Positions 1-9,731 of a stretch of 64,000 nt of DNA are shown here, piece by piece. How positions within the stretch are numbered: position 1 is the first letter of the stretch; every line of letters starts with the position of its first letter. The translations under genes and the position numbers were made by a program. The stretch covers positions 3,523,953 to 3,587,952 of the forward strand of contig NZ_JAPDNR010000001.1 in NCBI RefSeq assembly GCF_025989125.1, given 5' to 3'. The notes beneath the pieces were generated by a model, which was not told the DNA's origin, searched no databases, and was given only the letters and a program-made list of their open reading frames with translations. This DNA comes from Chitinophaga nivalis (lineage in GTDB: Bacteria; Bacteroidota; Bacteroidia; Chitinophagales; Chitinophagaceae).

Positions 1-1
1 G

Positions 2-829
2 GAAATATTTGCCCGTTATACAGACCTGATAGAACCACTGTCACTGGATGAAGCTTATCTGGACGTCACCACAGATAAACAACAGATCAGGTCTGCCATC
101 GAAATTGCAAAATTAATTAAACAGGCAATCCGGGATGAACTGCAACTGACGGCATCTGCCGGGGTATCTGTCAATAAATTTGTCGCAAAAATAGCTTCTG
201 ATCTGAACAAGCCGGATGGCCTTACTTTTATAGGTCCTTCTGCTATTGAAGCTTTTATGGAGCAGCTGCCGGTGGAAAAATTTCATGGGGTAGGAAAAGT
301 CACAGCAGATAAGATGAAGCGGATGGGATTGTTTACAGGAAAGGATCTGAAGCAATTATCAGAACAGGAACTGAAATCCCATTTCGGTAAAACAGGCGCT
401 TTTTATTATCGTATTGTAAGAGGAATAGATGACCGCGAAGTACAGCCACACCGGGAAACAAAATCGTTGGGAGCAGAAGATACCTTTCCGTATGACCTGA
501 CTGAAACAGGAGAGATGCATGCCGAGCTGGAAAAGATCGCCCGCATTGTATACGAACGTTTACAGCGGTACCAGCTGAAAGGGCGCACAGTGACACTGAA
601 AATAAAGTACAGTGATTTCAGACAGATCACCCGTAATCAATCTTTTGCACAACCGGTAGGCGACCTGGAAACAATTATCAGTACGGCGAAACAATTGCTG
701 GCGGCCACCTGGCCGGAAGATAAGCGTATCCGGCTGTTGGGTATTACTTTATCCAACTTCGGAGAGCTATCGGTTCCGGATAAATACCAGCATCCGGCGC
801 AGTTATCGCTTTTTGATTTTGATGAATAA
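2..829 (+). CDS. dinB: DNA polymerase IV (Y-family), C-terminal part; the 5' end lies upstream of the window
   Basis: Translating from nt 2 gives EIFARYTDLIEPLSLDEAYLDVT..., the canonical DinB motif. It continues in the same frame into ORF 257..829 (little-finger domain: KFHGVGKVTADKM, SDFRQITRN). No in-frame stop occurs before 829. Confidence 0.85.
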   Translation, partial: EIFARYTDLIEPLSLDEAYLDVTTDKQQIRSAIEIAKLIKQAIRDELQLTASAGVSVNKFVAKIASDLNKPDGLTFIGPSAIEAFMEQLPVEKFHGVGKVTADKMKRMGLFTGKDLKQLSEQELKSHFGKTGAFYYRIVRGIDDREVQPHRETKSLGAEDTFPYDLTETGEMHAELEKIARIVYERLQRYQLKGRTVTLKIKYSDFRQITRNQSFAQPVGDLETIISTAKQLLAATWPEDKRIRLLGITLSNFGELSVPDKYQHPAQLSLFDFDE

Positions 830-876
830 TGATTTCTGTTACCTTTGTCCCTGATTTCACAACTTTTACCGAATAG

Positions 877-1440
877 ATGTCCAACCATTATAACGCCGAA
901 ACAGCCGACTGGTTGTCCTTTCAGCAGGGCGACAAACGTGCCCTGTCAGCGTGTTATAACACTTATGCCGATTATCTGTATAACTATGGCTGTAAGTTCA
1001 CTGCAGATACTACCCTGGTAGAAGATACCATACAAGACCTTTTTCTGAAACTCTGGAAAAACCGGGAAAACCTGGGGCAGCCTGCTTCTGTAAAGAATTA
1101 CCTGTTGAAATCACTGCGGGGTTTACTCATCAGAAAAATTACGACGGCACAACGGCATGCACCGGATGAACTGGAAGAAAGCAATTACAGCTTTATGCTG
1201 GAGCTGTCGCCCGAACATATCCGCATGGCGAATGAGCAGGCTGCCCAGCGTTCCCTGCAACTGAAATCAGCCCTGGAAAACCTCACCCCGCGCCAGAAAG
1301 AAGCCGTATTTCTGCGGTTTTATGAAGATATGTCGTACGAGGATATTTCGGAGATCCTCTCTATTACCATTAAGGCTACCTATAAAATTATGGCCAGGGC
1401 CCTGGATGCCCTCCACGAACAGCTCGGACAACCCCTGTAA
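877..1440 (+). CDS. ECF-type RNA polymerase sigma factor (sigma-70 family, sigma-24 subfamily)
   Basis: 187 aa. Region 2 motifs (YNYGCKF...DLFLKLW) and a region 4 HTH (LTPRQKEAVFLRFYEDMSYEDISEIL) are present. It is followed by a FecR anti-sigma gene. Confidence 0.85.
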   Translation: MSNHYNAETADWLSFQQGDKRALSACYNTYADYLYNYGCKFTADTTLVEDTIQDLFLKLWKNRENLGQPASVKNYLLKSLRGLLIRKITTAQRHAPDELEESNYSFMLELSPEHIRMANEQAAQRSLQLKSALENLTPRQKEAVFLRFYEDMSYEDISEILSITIKATYKIMARALDALHEQLGQPL

Positions 1441-1511
1441 CCGGGCTGGTAGCAAGGCATTACAGGCATTTTAAAAAAAAATAAATAAATTTATTGTTCC
1501 CGTGGGGTAAA

Positions 1512-1537
1512 AACTTAATTACCTGCGTAATTAAGTT
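1512..1537 (+). promoter_or_regulatory. 11-bp inverted repeat (AACTTAATTAC / GTAATTAAGTT) between the ECF sigma and anti-sigma genes
   Basis: A perfect palindrome with a 4-nt loop in the 132-bp spacer upstream of the FecR-like gene. Function unknown; it could be an attenuator or a binding site. Confidence 0.3.
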
Positions 1538-1572
1538 AAAGGCATACCTGTAATTGCCGGGAAAAAACGGTT

Positions 1573-2604
1573 ATGGATATACGTAAATACGAAAGTTACG
1601 ATACGGCTGCTATGTTGGCAGATGTGGATTTTCAGCGCTGGGCATTGCGTCCTGGTGCTGAGGAGGAAGCGCTGTGGGAAGCTGTATTCGCCGTATATCC
1701 GGAAAAACGTATCCTGGCAATGAATGCAAAAGCCACCCTGCAGCAGCTGCAGTTCAAAACAACCGTATTCCCGGAACACCGTAAAACGGTTCGCCGGGAA
1801 GCGCTGGAGCAACTGCTGGAAGAGGAAGCAACACCCGTGATAACCCTGCGGCGCCGCAGTTATCGCTGGTTATATCAGGTAGCCGCTGTACTGTTAGTAA
1901 TGCTGCTCGTTGCCGGCTGGTGGCGATTGCAGCAAGCTACCCCCGTACGTGCTAAGTTCTTTACTAAGAATGGGGAAATAAAAACATTAACCCTCCCGGA
2001 TAGTACTATCGTGGTGTTGAATGCCAATTCTTCACTGGAATACCCGACTGACTGGAATAACAGCCAGGACAGAGAGGTGTGGATGAAGGGAGAAGGTTAC
2101 TTTACGGTAGCACATCAGTACAATACCCGGCAGCAACGTACGAAGTTTACCGTGCATACCAACGACCTCGATGTATTGGTATGGGGCACTACCTTTAATG
2201 TAAATACCCGCAGAGGTATTACCAGGGTATCCTTAAACAGCGGTAAAATCAGTATCGGCTTCCCGGATGCCAGGAAAGCACCGGTGATGATGCAGCCCGG
2301 CGATATGATTGAATATACTTCCAGGCAACGTAAGCTGCAGGCCAGCCGGGTAAATCCCGCTGAGTATAGCAGCTGGCAACACCGGGAACTCGTCTTTAAT
2401 AATATGTCCCTCCGTGAAATGGGCAATAAAATAGAAGATATATACGGGTACAAAGTGCGGATAGCCGATAGTACGACCGCTAACCGCACCATCAGTGGAC
2501 GCTTGCTGGCCAAAAGCGACACGATGTTACTGCAAACAATTGCTGCAGTATTTAACCTGGATATCAGCATGAAGGATTCTGTTGTAGTGGTAGCCCCCCG
2601 GTAA
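1573..2604 (+). CDS. FecR-family anti-sigma factor / transmembrane sensor
   Basis: 343 aa. It has a cytoplasmic N-terminus, a single TM segment (VAAVLLVMLLVAGWW) and a periplasmic FecR domain (ITLPDSTIVVLNANSSLEY...GEGYFTV...VHTNDLDVLVWGTTFNV). It sits between an ECF sigma and a SusC with an N-terminal extension. Confidence 0.85.
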   Translation: MDIRKYESYDTAAMLADVDFQRWALRPGAEEEALWEAVFAVYPEKRILAMNAKATLQQLQFKTTVFPEHRKTVRREALEQLLEEEATPVITLRRRSYRWLYQVAAVLLVMLLVAGWWRLQQATPVRAKFFTKNGEIKTLTLPDSTIVVLNANSSLEYPTDWNNSQDREVWMKGEGYFTVAHQYNTRQQRTKFTVHTNDLDVLVWGTTFNVNTRRGITRVSLNSGKISIGFPDARKAPVMMQPGDMIEYTSRQRKLQASRVNPAEYSSWQHRELVFNNMSLREMGNKIEDIYGYKVRIADSTTANRTISGRLLAKSDTMLLQTIAAVFNLDISMKDSVVVVAPR

Positions 2605-2658
2605 ATGTGCGCTTCGCGCCACGATTAACCAGTTTTTTTATTAACCAAAATTCGTAAC

Positions 2659-5600
2659 ATGAAAATGATGTTTTCGTGTAGGCGGCACTGTTTGCAAGTG
2701 CTGTCTGCGGGAATCCTGTTGCTGCATTTTACAGTGGATGCCAGCGCCATCACACAGACAGAACCGGCTAATTCGTTCAACAATGTACAGGCTAAATCAG
2801 GTAAAACATTCCGGCATACACTGGAAGAAATTGCTACGCAGTACAAAGTAAGGCTGGTATATGAAACGAGTATGGCGGATGCAAGACCTTATGTAAAACC
2901 ACCACAACACAAGCCCCGTATTGAAGAAGTACTGAGTAGTATTTTGTCCGCTTCCAATCTGCGGTTTATTAAAGTAGATGACAGCCAGTTTGCCATCATT
3001 GCACAGCCGGCAGCCAAAAACCAACCAGATGATATCATCGCGCCTAACAACGCGCCGGCTGCTGCTTTACCCCTGCAAAAAGCAGGTGGAAACCAACCTT
3101 CACCATTATCGGCGGATACCGTAATAGACCGCCGCCTCATCAGGGGAACCATTACAGAGGAAGATGGTTCCCCTATTCCCGGCGCCACCATTACGCTGCC
3201 GGGTACTTCCATCGGCGCTACAAGCAATGCGTCGGGAGCTTTTACCCTGATGCTGCCGGGGACGCATACAGCGCCTTTACTGATCACCAGCGTAGGATAC
3301 CTGTCGCAGAAGATGGCGGTAAAAGGAGTAGAAGTCCTAACGGTAAAGCTTAAACGAAATGTAAGTCAGATACAGCAGGTAGAAGTGAATGCCGGGGTCT
3401 ATAAACGCCCGACTTCCAGCTATACCGGTGCGGCTACGACCATTACGGCAGAACAGCTGAAACAGGTCAGCAACAAAAACGTACTGGAAGCGCTGAAAGC
3501 ACTGGACCCGTCTTTCAAAATGCCCGATAACCTGCAGTTCGGCTCAGATCCCAACCGCTTGCCGGATATCCAGGTAAGGGGGGCGGCGAGTTTGCCCAAT
3601 ATGAAGGGCGACTACACGTCCAGTCCCAACCTGCCGCTGTTTATCCTGGATGGTTTTGAAGCCTCTCTGCAGCGGGTATTCGACCTGGACATGAACCGCA
3701 TTGCGGCAGTAACCCTGCTCAAAGATGCGGCGGCTACCGCCATCTATGGTTCCAGAGGCGCCAACGGCGTACTGGTCATTGAAACCGTAAGACCGGAAAA
3801 AGGCCGGTTGCGCCTTAGCTATACCAACGACTTTAAAGTAGCAGCGCCCGATCTGAACGTATACAACCTGCTGAATGCAGAAGAAAAACTGCAGCTGGAA
3901 AAAGATGCAGGCCTCTATACCTATATCACCAGCGGTCCCGGTTTTTCTATTCCTTATCCTAAACCGGAAGAGTCTCAACGCCTGAAAGAATTGTATGCGG
4001 CCCGGCAGATTGAAGTACGCCGCGGGGTGAACACCTACTGGCTGTCGCAGCCGGTGCGTACCGGCGTATACGATCGCCATTCCCTGTATGCAGAAGGAGG
4101 AGATGATTATGTAAGATATGGCTTACAACTGGCTGCAGGTAATGAACAAGGGGTAATGAAAGGCTCCGGCAGAAGTAACTATTCGGGAGAAGTATCCCTG
4201 GCTTACCAGTACAAACAACTGCGTTTCCGGAATGCGCTCACTGTTAACTATAACAAAAGTACCAACTCACCTTTCGGCAGCTTCAGCCAGTTCGGCCTGC
4301 TGAATCCTTACTACAGCATCTACGACGACGAAGGCCGTATGAAGCGGAAACTGGACGAAGGCCTGGATAACCCGTTGTACAACGGTACCATGTTTGTGAA
4401 AGACGAAAGTACCTATACGGAGTTTATCAATAACTTCTCCGCAGAATGGCAGATTTCCCAGCCGTTCCGCGTGATCGGTAGTTTCAGTTTGATGAAGCAG
4501 GACAATGGCAGCGAACAATTCCTGCCGGCAGAACATACTGCCTTCTCCGGATATAGTGCAGAAGAAAAAACACGCCGGGGTTCCTATACGATTCAGCATG
4601 GTAAAAGAACCAACTATGAAACCAGCCTGACGCTGAACTATGGCCGTGCGGTAAATGGTTCGTCTCTCTACGCTTCCGGTGGTTTCAATCTGGCAGGCAG
4701 CCGCGATGATAACAACGGCTATAAGGTGGAAGGTTTCCCGAACGACCGGATGGATGCCAGCTGGTTCGCCAAACAATACGAAAAAAATGGCCACCCCACC
4801 GGTAGTGAATCCATTACCCGCAGGGTAGGGGTGCTGGCCAACGTCAACTATGCCTACTATCAGAAATACCTGATCGATCTCTCCTATCGTATCGACGGTT
4901 CTTCTCAGTTTGGCGCCAACAAACGTTTCGGTGAATTCTGGTCTGCCGGTATCGGCTGGAACATGCACAAAGAATCTTTTCTGCAGGGCAGCAAAATCAT
5001 CAACCTGCTGAAACTCCGTGCCAGCTATGGTGCGCGTGGTTCCCTGAATGTACCGGCCTATCAGGCACTGGCTACCTACAACTATTACAATGATGTGTAC
5101 TACTATGACATGCTGGGCGCCTATATGATGTCGCTGGGCAACAAGGAGCTGAGCTGGCAGAATCGCCTCACAGCCAACATCGGGGCAGATATGTCCTTGT
5201 TCAACAGCCGCCTGAACATAGAGGTCAACTACTACCGTGATGTGACCAAAAATGCCATCGCTGACATCAGTACGCCACCTTCCATCGGTTTCGAGATGAA
5301 TAAAACCAACTTCGGTGAACTGAAAGGAAAAGGGTTAGAAGTATACCTGCGTTACATGATCATCCGCGATAATAAAAAGAATCTCTACTGGAATATCAAT
5401 GCCTCTGTGGTGCGTAACCGCACCATTGTATCCAATATCGCTGATCGCTTCCGTAAATTCAACTCCGACCAGAATACCAAACCGCAAACCGGTCCGGTTA
5501 CCCTGCTCGTGGATGGTTATCCGTTAAATACCATCTGGGCAGTGCCTTCCCTGGGTATTGATCCGGGTACCGGCTCCGAAATATTCCGCCGTGCCGACGG

Positions 5601-6105
5601 TACCGTTACCACTGCCTGGAGTGCTACCGACAAACAGGCCGTAGGTAATATGGATCCGCAATACGAAGGTACTTTTGGCACATTTGTAGGATACAAAGGA
5701 TTTAACTTAAACGCGTTGATGCGTTACCGTTACGGCGGACAGATTTTCAATGCTACGCTGCTCGACCGGGTGGAAAACGCCGACGTCAGCAAGAACGTGG
5801 ATCGCCGCGTATACGAACAGCGCTGGCGTAGACCGGGCGACGTTACCTTCTTTAAAAACGTAGCCAGCCGGGAAACGACCAAACCTTCTTCCCGCTTTGT
5901 ACAAAATGAAAATACGCTGTCGCTGGAATCAATATCCTTATCATATGACTTTAACCGCAGACAAATCAGTTTCCTGCGTATGCAGAACCTGCGTTTATCA
6001 CTGTATATGAATGAAGTATTCCGGCTGTCAACAGTAGAGCAGGAGCGGGGACTGGATTATCCGTTCGCCAGATCATTCTCCTTCTCTCTAAAAACTCAGT
6101 TTTAA
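2659..6105 (+). CDS. susC: SusC/RagA-family TonB-linked outer membrane transporter with an N-terminal STN signalling extension
   Basis: 1148 aa. It has a signal peptide, an STN-like N-terminal domain, a carboxypeptidase-regulatory-like domain (IRGTITEEDGSPIPGATITLPGTS), a TonB plug (DGFEASLQRV...LKDAAATAIYGSRGANGVLVIET) and a C-terminal beta-barrel ending in an aromatic residue. Confidence 0.9.
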   Translation: MKMMFSCRRHCLQVLSAGILLLHFTVDASAITQTEPANSFNNVQAKSGKTFRHTLEEIATQYKVRLVYETSMADARPYVKPPQHKPRIEEVLSSILSASNLRFIKVDDSQFAIIAQPAAKNQPDDIIAPNNAPAAALPLQKAGGNQPSPLSADTVIDRRLIRGTITEEDGSPIPGATITLPGTSIGATSNASGAFTLMLPGTHTAPLLITSVGYLSQKMAVKGVEVLTVKLKRNVSQIQQVEVNAGVYKRPTSSYTGAATTITAEQLKQVSNKNVLEALKALDPSFKMPDNLQFGSDPNRLPDIQVRGAASLPNMKGDYTSSPNLPLFILDGFEASLQRVFDLDMNRIAAVTLLKDAAATAIYGSRGANGVLVIETVRPEKGRLRLSYTNDFKVAAPDLNVYNLLNAEEKLQLEKDAGLYTYITSGPGFSIPYPKPEESQRLKELYAARQIEVRRGVNTYWLSQPVRTGVYDRHSLYAEGGDDYVRYGLQLAAGNEQGVMKGSGRSNYSGEVSLAYQYKQLRFRNALTVNYNKSTNSPFGSFSQFGLLNPYYSIYDDEGRMKRKLDEGLDNPLYNGTMFVKDESTYTEFINNFSAEWQISQPFRVIGSFSLMKQDNGSEQFLPAEHTAFSGYSAEEKTRRGSYTIQHGKRTNYETSLTLNYGRAVNGSSLYASGGFNLAGSRDDNNGYKVEGFPNDRMDASWFAKQYEKNGHPTGSESITRRVGVLANVNYAYYQKYLIDLSYRIDGSSQFGANKRFGEFWSAGIGWNMHKESFLQGSKIINLLKLRASYGARGSLNVPAYQALATYNYYNDVYYYDMLGAYMMSLGNKELSWQNRLTANIGADMSLFNSRLNIEVNYYRDVTKNAIADISTPPSIGFEMNKTNFGELKGKGLEVYLRYMIIRDNKKNLYWNINASVVRNRTIVSNIADRFRKFNSDQNTKPQTGPVTLLVDGYPLNTIWAVPSLGIDPGTGSEIFRRADGTVTTAWSATDKQAVGNMDPQYEGTFGTFVGYKGFNLNALMRYRYGGQIFNATLLDRVENADVSKNVDRRVYEQRWRRPGDVTFFKNVASRETTKPSSRFVQNENTLSLESISLSYDFNRRQISFLRMQNLRLSLYMNEVFRLSTVEQERGLDYPFARSFSFSLKTQF

Positions 6106-6123
6106 TCAACCAAACCTGGTGCT

Positions 6124-7545
6124 ATGAAATTTCGTTTAAGCTTAGCCGTTATTTGTATGCTGTTGCTGGGGAGTACAGGCTGTAATAAATGGCTCGACGT
6201 AACACCCCGTTCCCAGATCAGGGAAGACCAGTTCTTTACCAATGAAAGAGGCTTCGAAGATGCCCTGGCCGGCATCTATGTGAAAATGGTAAGTCCGCAG
6301 TTATATGGCGATTACCTGACCATGAGTTTCCTGGACGTACTGGCGCAGCGGTATGCGCCCACCAACTATTATCATTTCTTTAAGGACGATGCGGTATTCC
6401 TGTATAAAAACCAAACCGTAAAAACACATATCGCAGATATCTGGCGCTCTATGTATAGTACGCTGGTAAATAATAACAATATCCTCCGGTATCTCGAAGA
6501 AAACCAAAGTGCGCTGGGGAAATCCCGGTATGGCCTGATCAAGGGAGAAGCCCTGGCGTTAAGGGCATTCATGCACTTCGATCTGTTGCGTATGTTTGGT
6601 AAGAACTACCAGCTGGGCGCCGGTGCGCCTGCTATTCCCTATGTAACAAAAGTTACCCAGGTGCCTACGGAGTTGTCTACAACAGGCGAAGTGGTCACAA
6701 AGGTGCTGGCCGATCTGGAAGAAGCATTGCCGTTGCTGGAAAAGCTGGATCCGCTGAATGGTGGTCCCGACGATGGCAGCCAGTTCCTGAAAAACCGGAA
6801 AGGTCGTATGAACTATCTGGCGGTGAAGGCATTGCTGGCACGGGTATATCTCTTTAAAGGCGATAAGGTGAATGCCTATAAGCGGGCGAAGGAAGTGATT
6901 GATGCCGGTAAACATACGTTTATCACCAGCAATGACATTATTAACCGTACCGACTATACTTTTTCCGGAGAACATATTTTCGCCCTGCAGGTAATGAATA
7001 TCAAAGATATCGTCAACAAGTATTTTAAATACCATGAAGACGAAGCTTATAACAGCGGCCGGACACAATATGAACTGAAAAACGACAGAAGTGTAACGCA
7101 GCGGGTGTTTGAAACCAACAGCGGCGGTAGTACCGATTATCGTTATCTGTATCTGTTTAAAGAACAAACAGGGCAGCAATACCATATCAAATTCTGGCAG
7201 GAAGATGAATCCAACTATAATATTAAGTTCCGCTACCTGATGCCGCTGATCAAGATTTCAGAAATGTATTACATCGCAGCGGAAACGGCGCCGGATCTGA
7301 ATACGGCCATTACTTTACTGAATAAGATCCGTTTCAACCGCGGTATTCCCAGCCTGCCGGAAGACCTGAATCCCGCGCAGCTGCAGGATGAGATCCGTAA
7401 AGAATACCAGAAGGAATTTTACAGCGAAGGGCAATTCTTCTACTACTGCAAACGGCTGAATCTTAATAAAATCAGTGAAGTGCCGGTAAAGCCTGAAAAC
7501 GTATATGTGTTACCGTTACCAGACAACGAGATCGATCTGCGATAA
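6124..7545 (+). CDS. susD: SusD/RagB-family nutrient-binding outer membrane lipoprotein
   Basis: 473 aa. It has a lipobox (LLGSTGC), TPR-like SusD motifs, and lies immediately downstream of susC. Confidence 0.85.
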   Translation: MKFRLSLAVICMLLLGSTGCNKWLDVTPRSQIREDQFFTNERGFEDALAGIYVKMVSPQLYGDYLTMSFLDVLAQRYAPTNYYHFFKDDAVFLYKNQTVKTHIADIWRSMYSTLVNNNNILRYLEENQSALGKSRYGLIKGEALALRAFMHFDLLRMFGKNYQLGAGAPAIPYVTKVTQVPTELSTTGEVVTKVLADLEEALPLLEKLDPLNGGPDDGSQFLKNRKGRMNYLAVKALLARVYLFKGDKVNAYKRAKEVIDAGKHTFITSNDIINRTDYTFSGEHIFALQVMNIKDIVNKYFKYHEDEAYNSGRTQYELKNDRSVTQRVFETNSGGSTDYRYLYLFKEQTGQQYHIKFWQEDESNYNIKFRYLMPLIKISEMYYIAAETAPDLNTAITLLNKIRFNRGIPSLPEDLNPAQLQDEIRKEYQKEFYSEGQFFYYCKRLNLNKISEVPVKPENVYVLPLPDNEIDLR

Positions 7546-7573
7546 CGGATGTAATCAACCAAATCAACTTAGC

Positions 7574-8266
7574 ATGAAGAACTGGAAACTATATCATCTA
7601 TTATTCCTGGCAGCGGCTTTTGCCGGCTGCAGCAAAGAACCGCTGGAAACATACAAGGATGAACCACGCATATATTTTAACGGAGAGGAATCCACTTTTA
7701 CTTTTGCGATCCGTCCGTCCACACAGCTCACAGATACCTTTAAAGTACGTATCAATTATAGCGGGCTGACGTTGCGACAGGCCTTGCCGGTAAAATTCTC
7801 CGTAGCAGATACCTCTACCGCCAAAGCAGGAAAGGATTATGAACTGCCGGCTAATTTTGCAGTACCCGTTGGATATTTCTCCGATACCTTGCGGATTCTC
7901 GTAAAAAGGACGCCGGAAATTGCTACGAAAGCGGCAGTACTGGTATTAAGACTGGAAGACAATGGTAGCTATACGCCTGGTTTTGGCCGCAATGGTAAAG
8001 TCATCCGGCTGGTGATAAATGACATGCTCACCAAACCTTCTTCCTGGGAATCTTACCTGGCATCTTACCTGGGTGTTTACAGCAAAGCTAAATACCGTTT
8101 TATTATCGATACGTTGGGGATGTCTGATTTCCCTTATGATATGGTACGTAACGGGCAGCTGCTGTACTATAAAATAAAACTGGCGGAAGCACTGGCAGCC
8201 TATGAAAAAATACACGGGCCGCTGATCGATGCAGAAACCGGTAACCAGGTGTTTTTCCCTGCGTGA
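7574..8266 (+). CDS. Hypothetical surface lipoprotein (DUF4843-like partner of SusC/SusD pairs)
   Basis: The ATG at 7574 gives MKNWKLYHLLFLAAAFAGCSKEP, a lipoprotein signal. The track ORF begins earlier at 7505 and overlaps susD. Its position and size are typical of the accessory lipoproteins that follow SusD. Confidence 0.5.
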   Translation: MKNWKLYHLLFLAAAFAGCSKEPLETYKDEPRIYFNGEESTFTFAIRPSTQLTDTFKVRINYSGLTLRQALPVKFSVADTSTAKAGKDYELPANFAVPVGYFSDTLRILVKRTPEIATKAAVLVLRLEDNGSYTPGFGRNGKVIRLVINDMLTKPSSWESYLASYLGVYSKAKYRFIIDTLGMSDFPYDMVRNGQLLYYKIKLAEALAAYEKIHGPLIDAETGNQVFFPA

Positions 8267-8295
8267 TGCTCATCTTTTACTTTAACCAGCTAGAT

Positions 8296-9723
8296 ATGAA
8301 AAAATATATATTATTATCCCTGCTGTTCCTGGGGCTGATAGCATGTTATAAAGACAAAGGCAATTACGATTATTTGTCATTGAAAAAAATTACGATCGAC
8401 TCCATCCTGGATGTGAAACGTTACTACATGGATTCCCTGATTATAGAGCCGGTGATTACAGTAGATAAAGGGGACTTCAATGAATTGGATTTTGAATGGA
8501 GTATGATGCCTACGACCGGTGTGTTTGAACCATTGCCATCAGAGCCGGAAGTGATCGCCAACACACGGGTACTGCGGATACAGATTAAGAAAGAATCCAG
8601 GGAGTTCCCGTATATCATGGTGCTGCGGGTCATTGATAAGGCCACCGGCGTAAGTGTTTTCCGCCGGTTTCAGCTCACCATCAGCAGTCCGTATGCCAGC
8701 GGATGGCTGGTACTGAGCGATCGCAATCATGTATCGGATGTAGACATTGTAACACCGGACGGAGATGTGCACAGCCGGATTTATGAGAATGTCAACGGAA
8801 AACCCATGACAGATCATGGGCTGCGGTTAAGCCTCACCGGCTCTTTAAACGGTAAGGATGAATTGTATATCCAGACAGACAACAATATTCTGCAGATACG
8901 TAATCCGGAATTTACTTATCTGCGCGATGCAGCTAGTATGTTCTATAGCATGCCGGGTGTAGTCAAACCACAGGTACTCACCATCAATGATATGGCTACC
9001 CAGCGGTATCTCATCAGCAACGGGCAGATATTTGTAGCGGCTACACTCAACAATGGTAAATATAGCCTGCCGCTGGTAGGTAATTATGAAGCGGCGCCTT
9101 TTGTGGCATCCGGTGGTGCTTATTCAGCGATCTATGATAAAAAGAATGGCCGTTTCCTCAAATTTCCGGCTCGTACCAATGCTGTGACCATGGAGGCTTT
9201 CACGGAATTAAAACCCGATCCGGTATTTGATGTGAATAATGTAAAAGGAACCTTGTTGTTTGTTGAACGGGGCTCCGATTATACGTATCACATCTTCCGC
9301 AATGCCGACGGGAAGCTGCAGCTATACGGATTAAACACGGGTAGTAACGATATACCTGCGGGGATGACGCAAGCCATTGAGCCGGCAGAAATGCAGCAGC
9401 TTTCTGCGGTGGTGATATCCGGTGCCTTGCCTATGGCATATTTCACCAGCGGACATAGTCTTTACATGTATGATATCTATGCCAATACGGCAAAGAAGCT
9501 GTATGATTTTCCGGGTAATGCCACAGTGTCTGTGATCAGGATGTTGAAGGAATGGCGCCATGTGGACGATAATACCTTACTGACAGTAGGGGTGAATGAA
9601 GGGGATGCAGGCTCCGTATACTTTTTTAAACTGCTGGGTACCGGCGATCTGCAGGGAGGTACGTATAAAAATAAATTTACCGGCTTTGGCCGCATTTCAG
9701 ATATCATTTATAAAAGCAAATAA
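8296..9723 (+). CDS. Hypothetical surface lipoprotein (PKD-like/DUF4302-like family)
   Basis: The ATG at 8296 gives MKKYILLSLLFLGLIACYKDKG, a lipobox. The track ORF starts at GTG 8263. It is about 475 aa and beta-rich, with no enzymatic motifs recognised. Confidence 0.5.
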   Translation: MKKYILLSLLFLGLIACYKDKGNYDYLSLKKITIDSILDVKRYYMDSLIIEPVITVDKGDFNELDFEWSMMPTTGVFEPLPSEPEVIANTRVLRIQIKKESREFPYIMVLRVIDKATGVSVFRRFQLTISSPYASGWLVLSDRNHVSDVDIVTPDGDVHSRIYENVNGKPMTDHGLRLSLTGSLNGKDELYIQTDNNILQIRNPEFTYLRDAASMFYSMPGVVKPQVLTINDMATQRYLISNGQIFVAATLNNGKYSLPLVGNYEAAPFVASGGAYSAIYDKKNGRFLKFPARTNAVTMEAFTELKPDPVFDVNNVKGTLLFVERGSDYTYHIFRNADGKLQLYGLNTGSNDIPAGMTQAIEPAEMQQLSAVVISGALPMAYFTSGHSLYMYDIYANTAKKLYDFPGNATVSVIRMLKEWRHVDDNTLLTVGVNEGDAGSVYFFKLLGTGDLQGGTYKNKFTGFGRISDIIYKSK

Positions 9724-9731
9724 ACAGCATT

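Noticed and set aside
2889-4968. Minus-strand ORFs (132, 178 and 233 aa) inside the first susC gene
   Set aside because: They are antisense to a protein with unambiguous SusC/TonB-dependent receptor motifs along its whole length. They have no family resemblance and their composition is typical of shadow ORFs.
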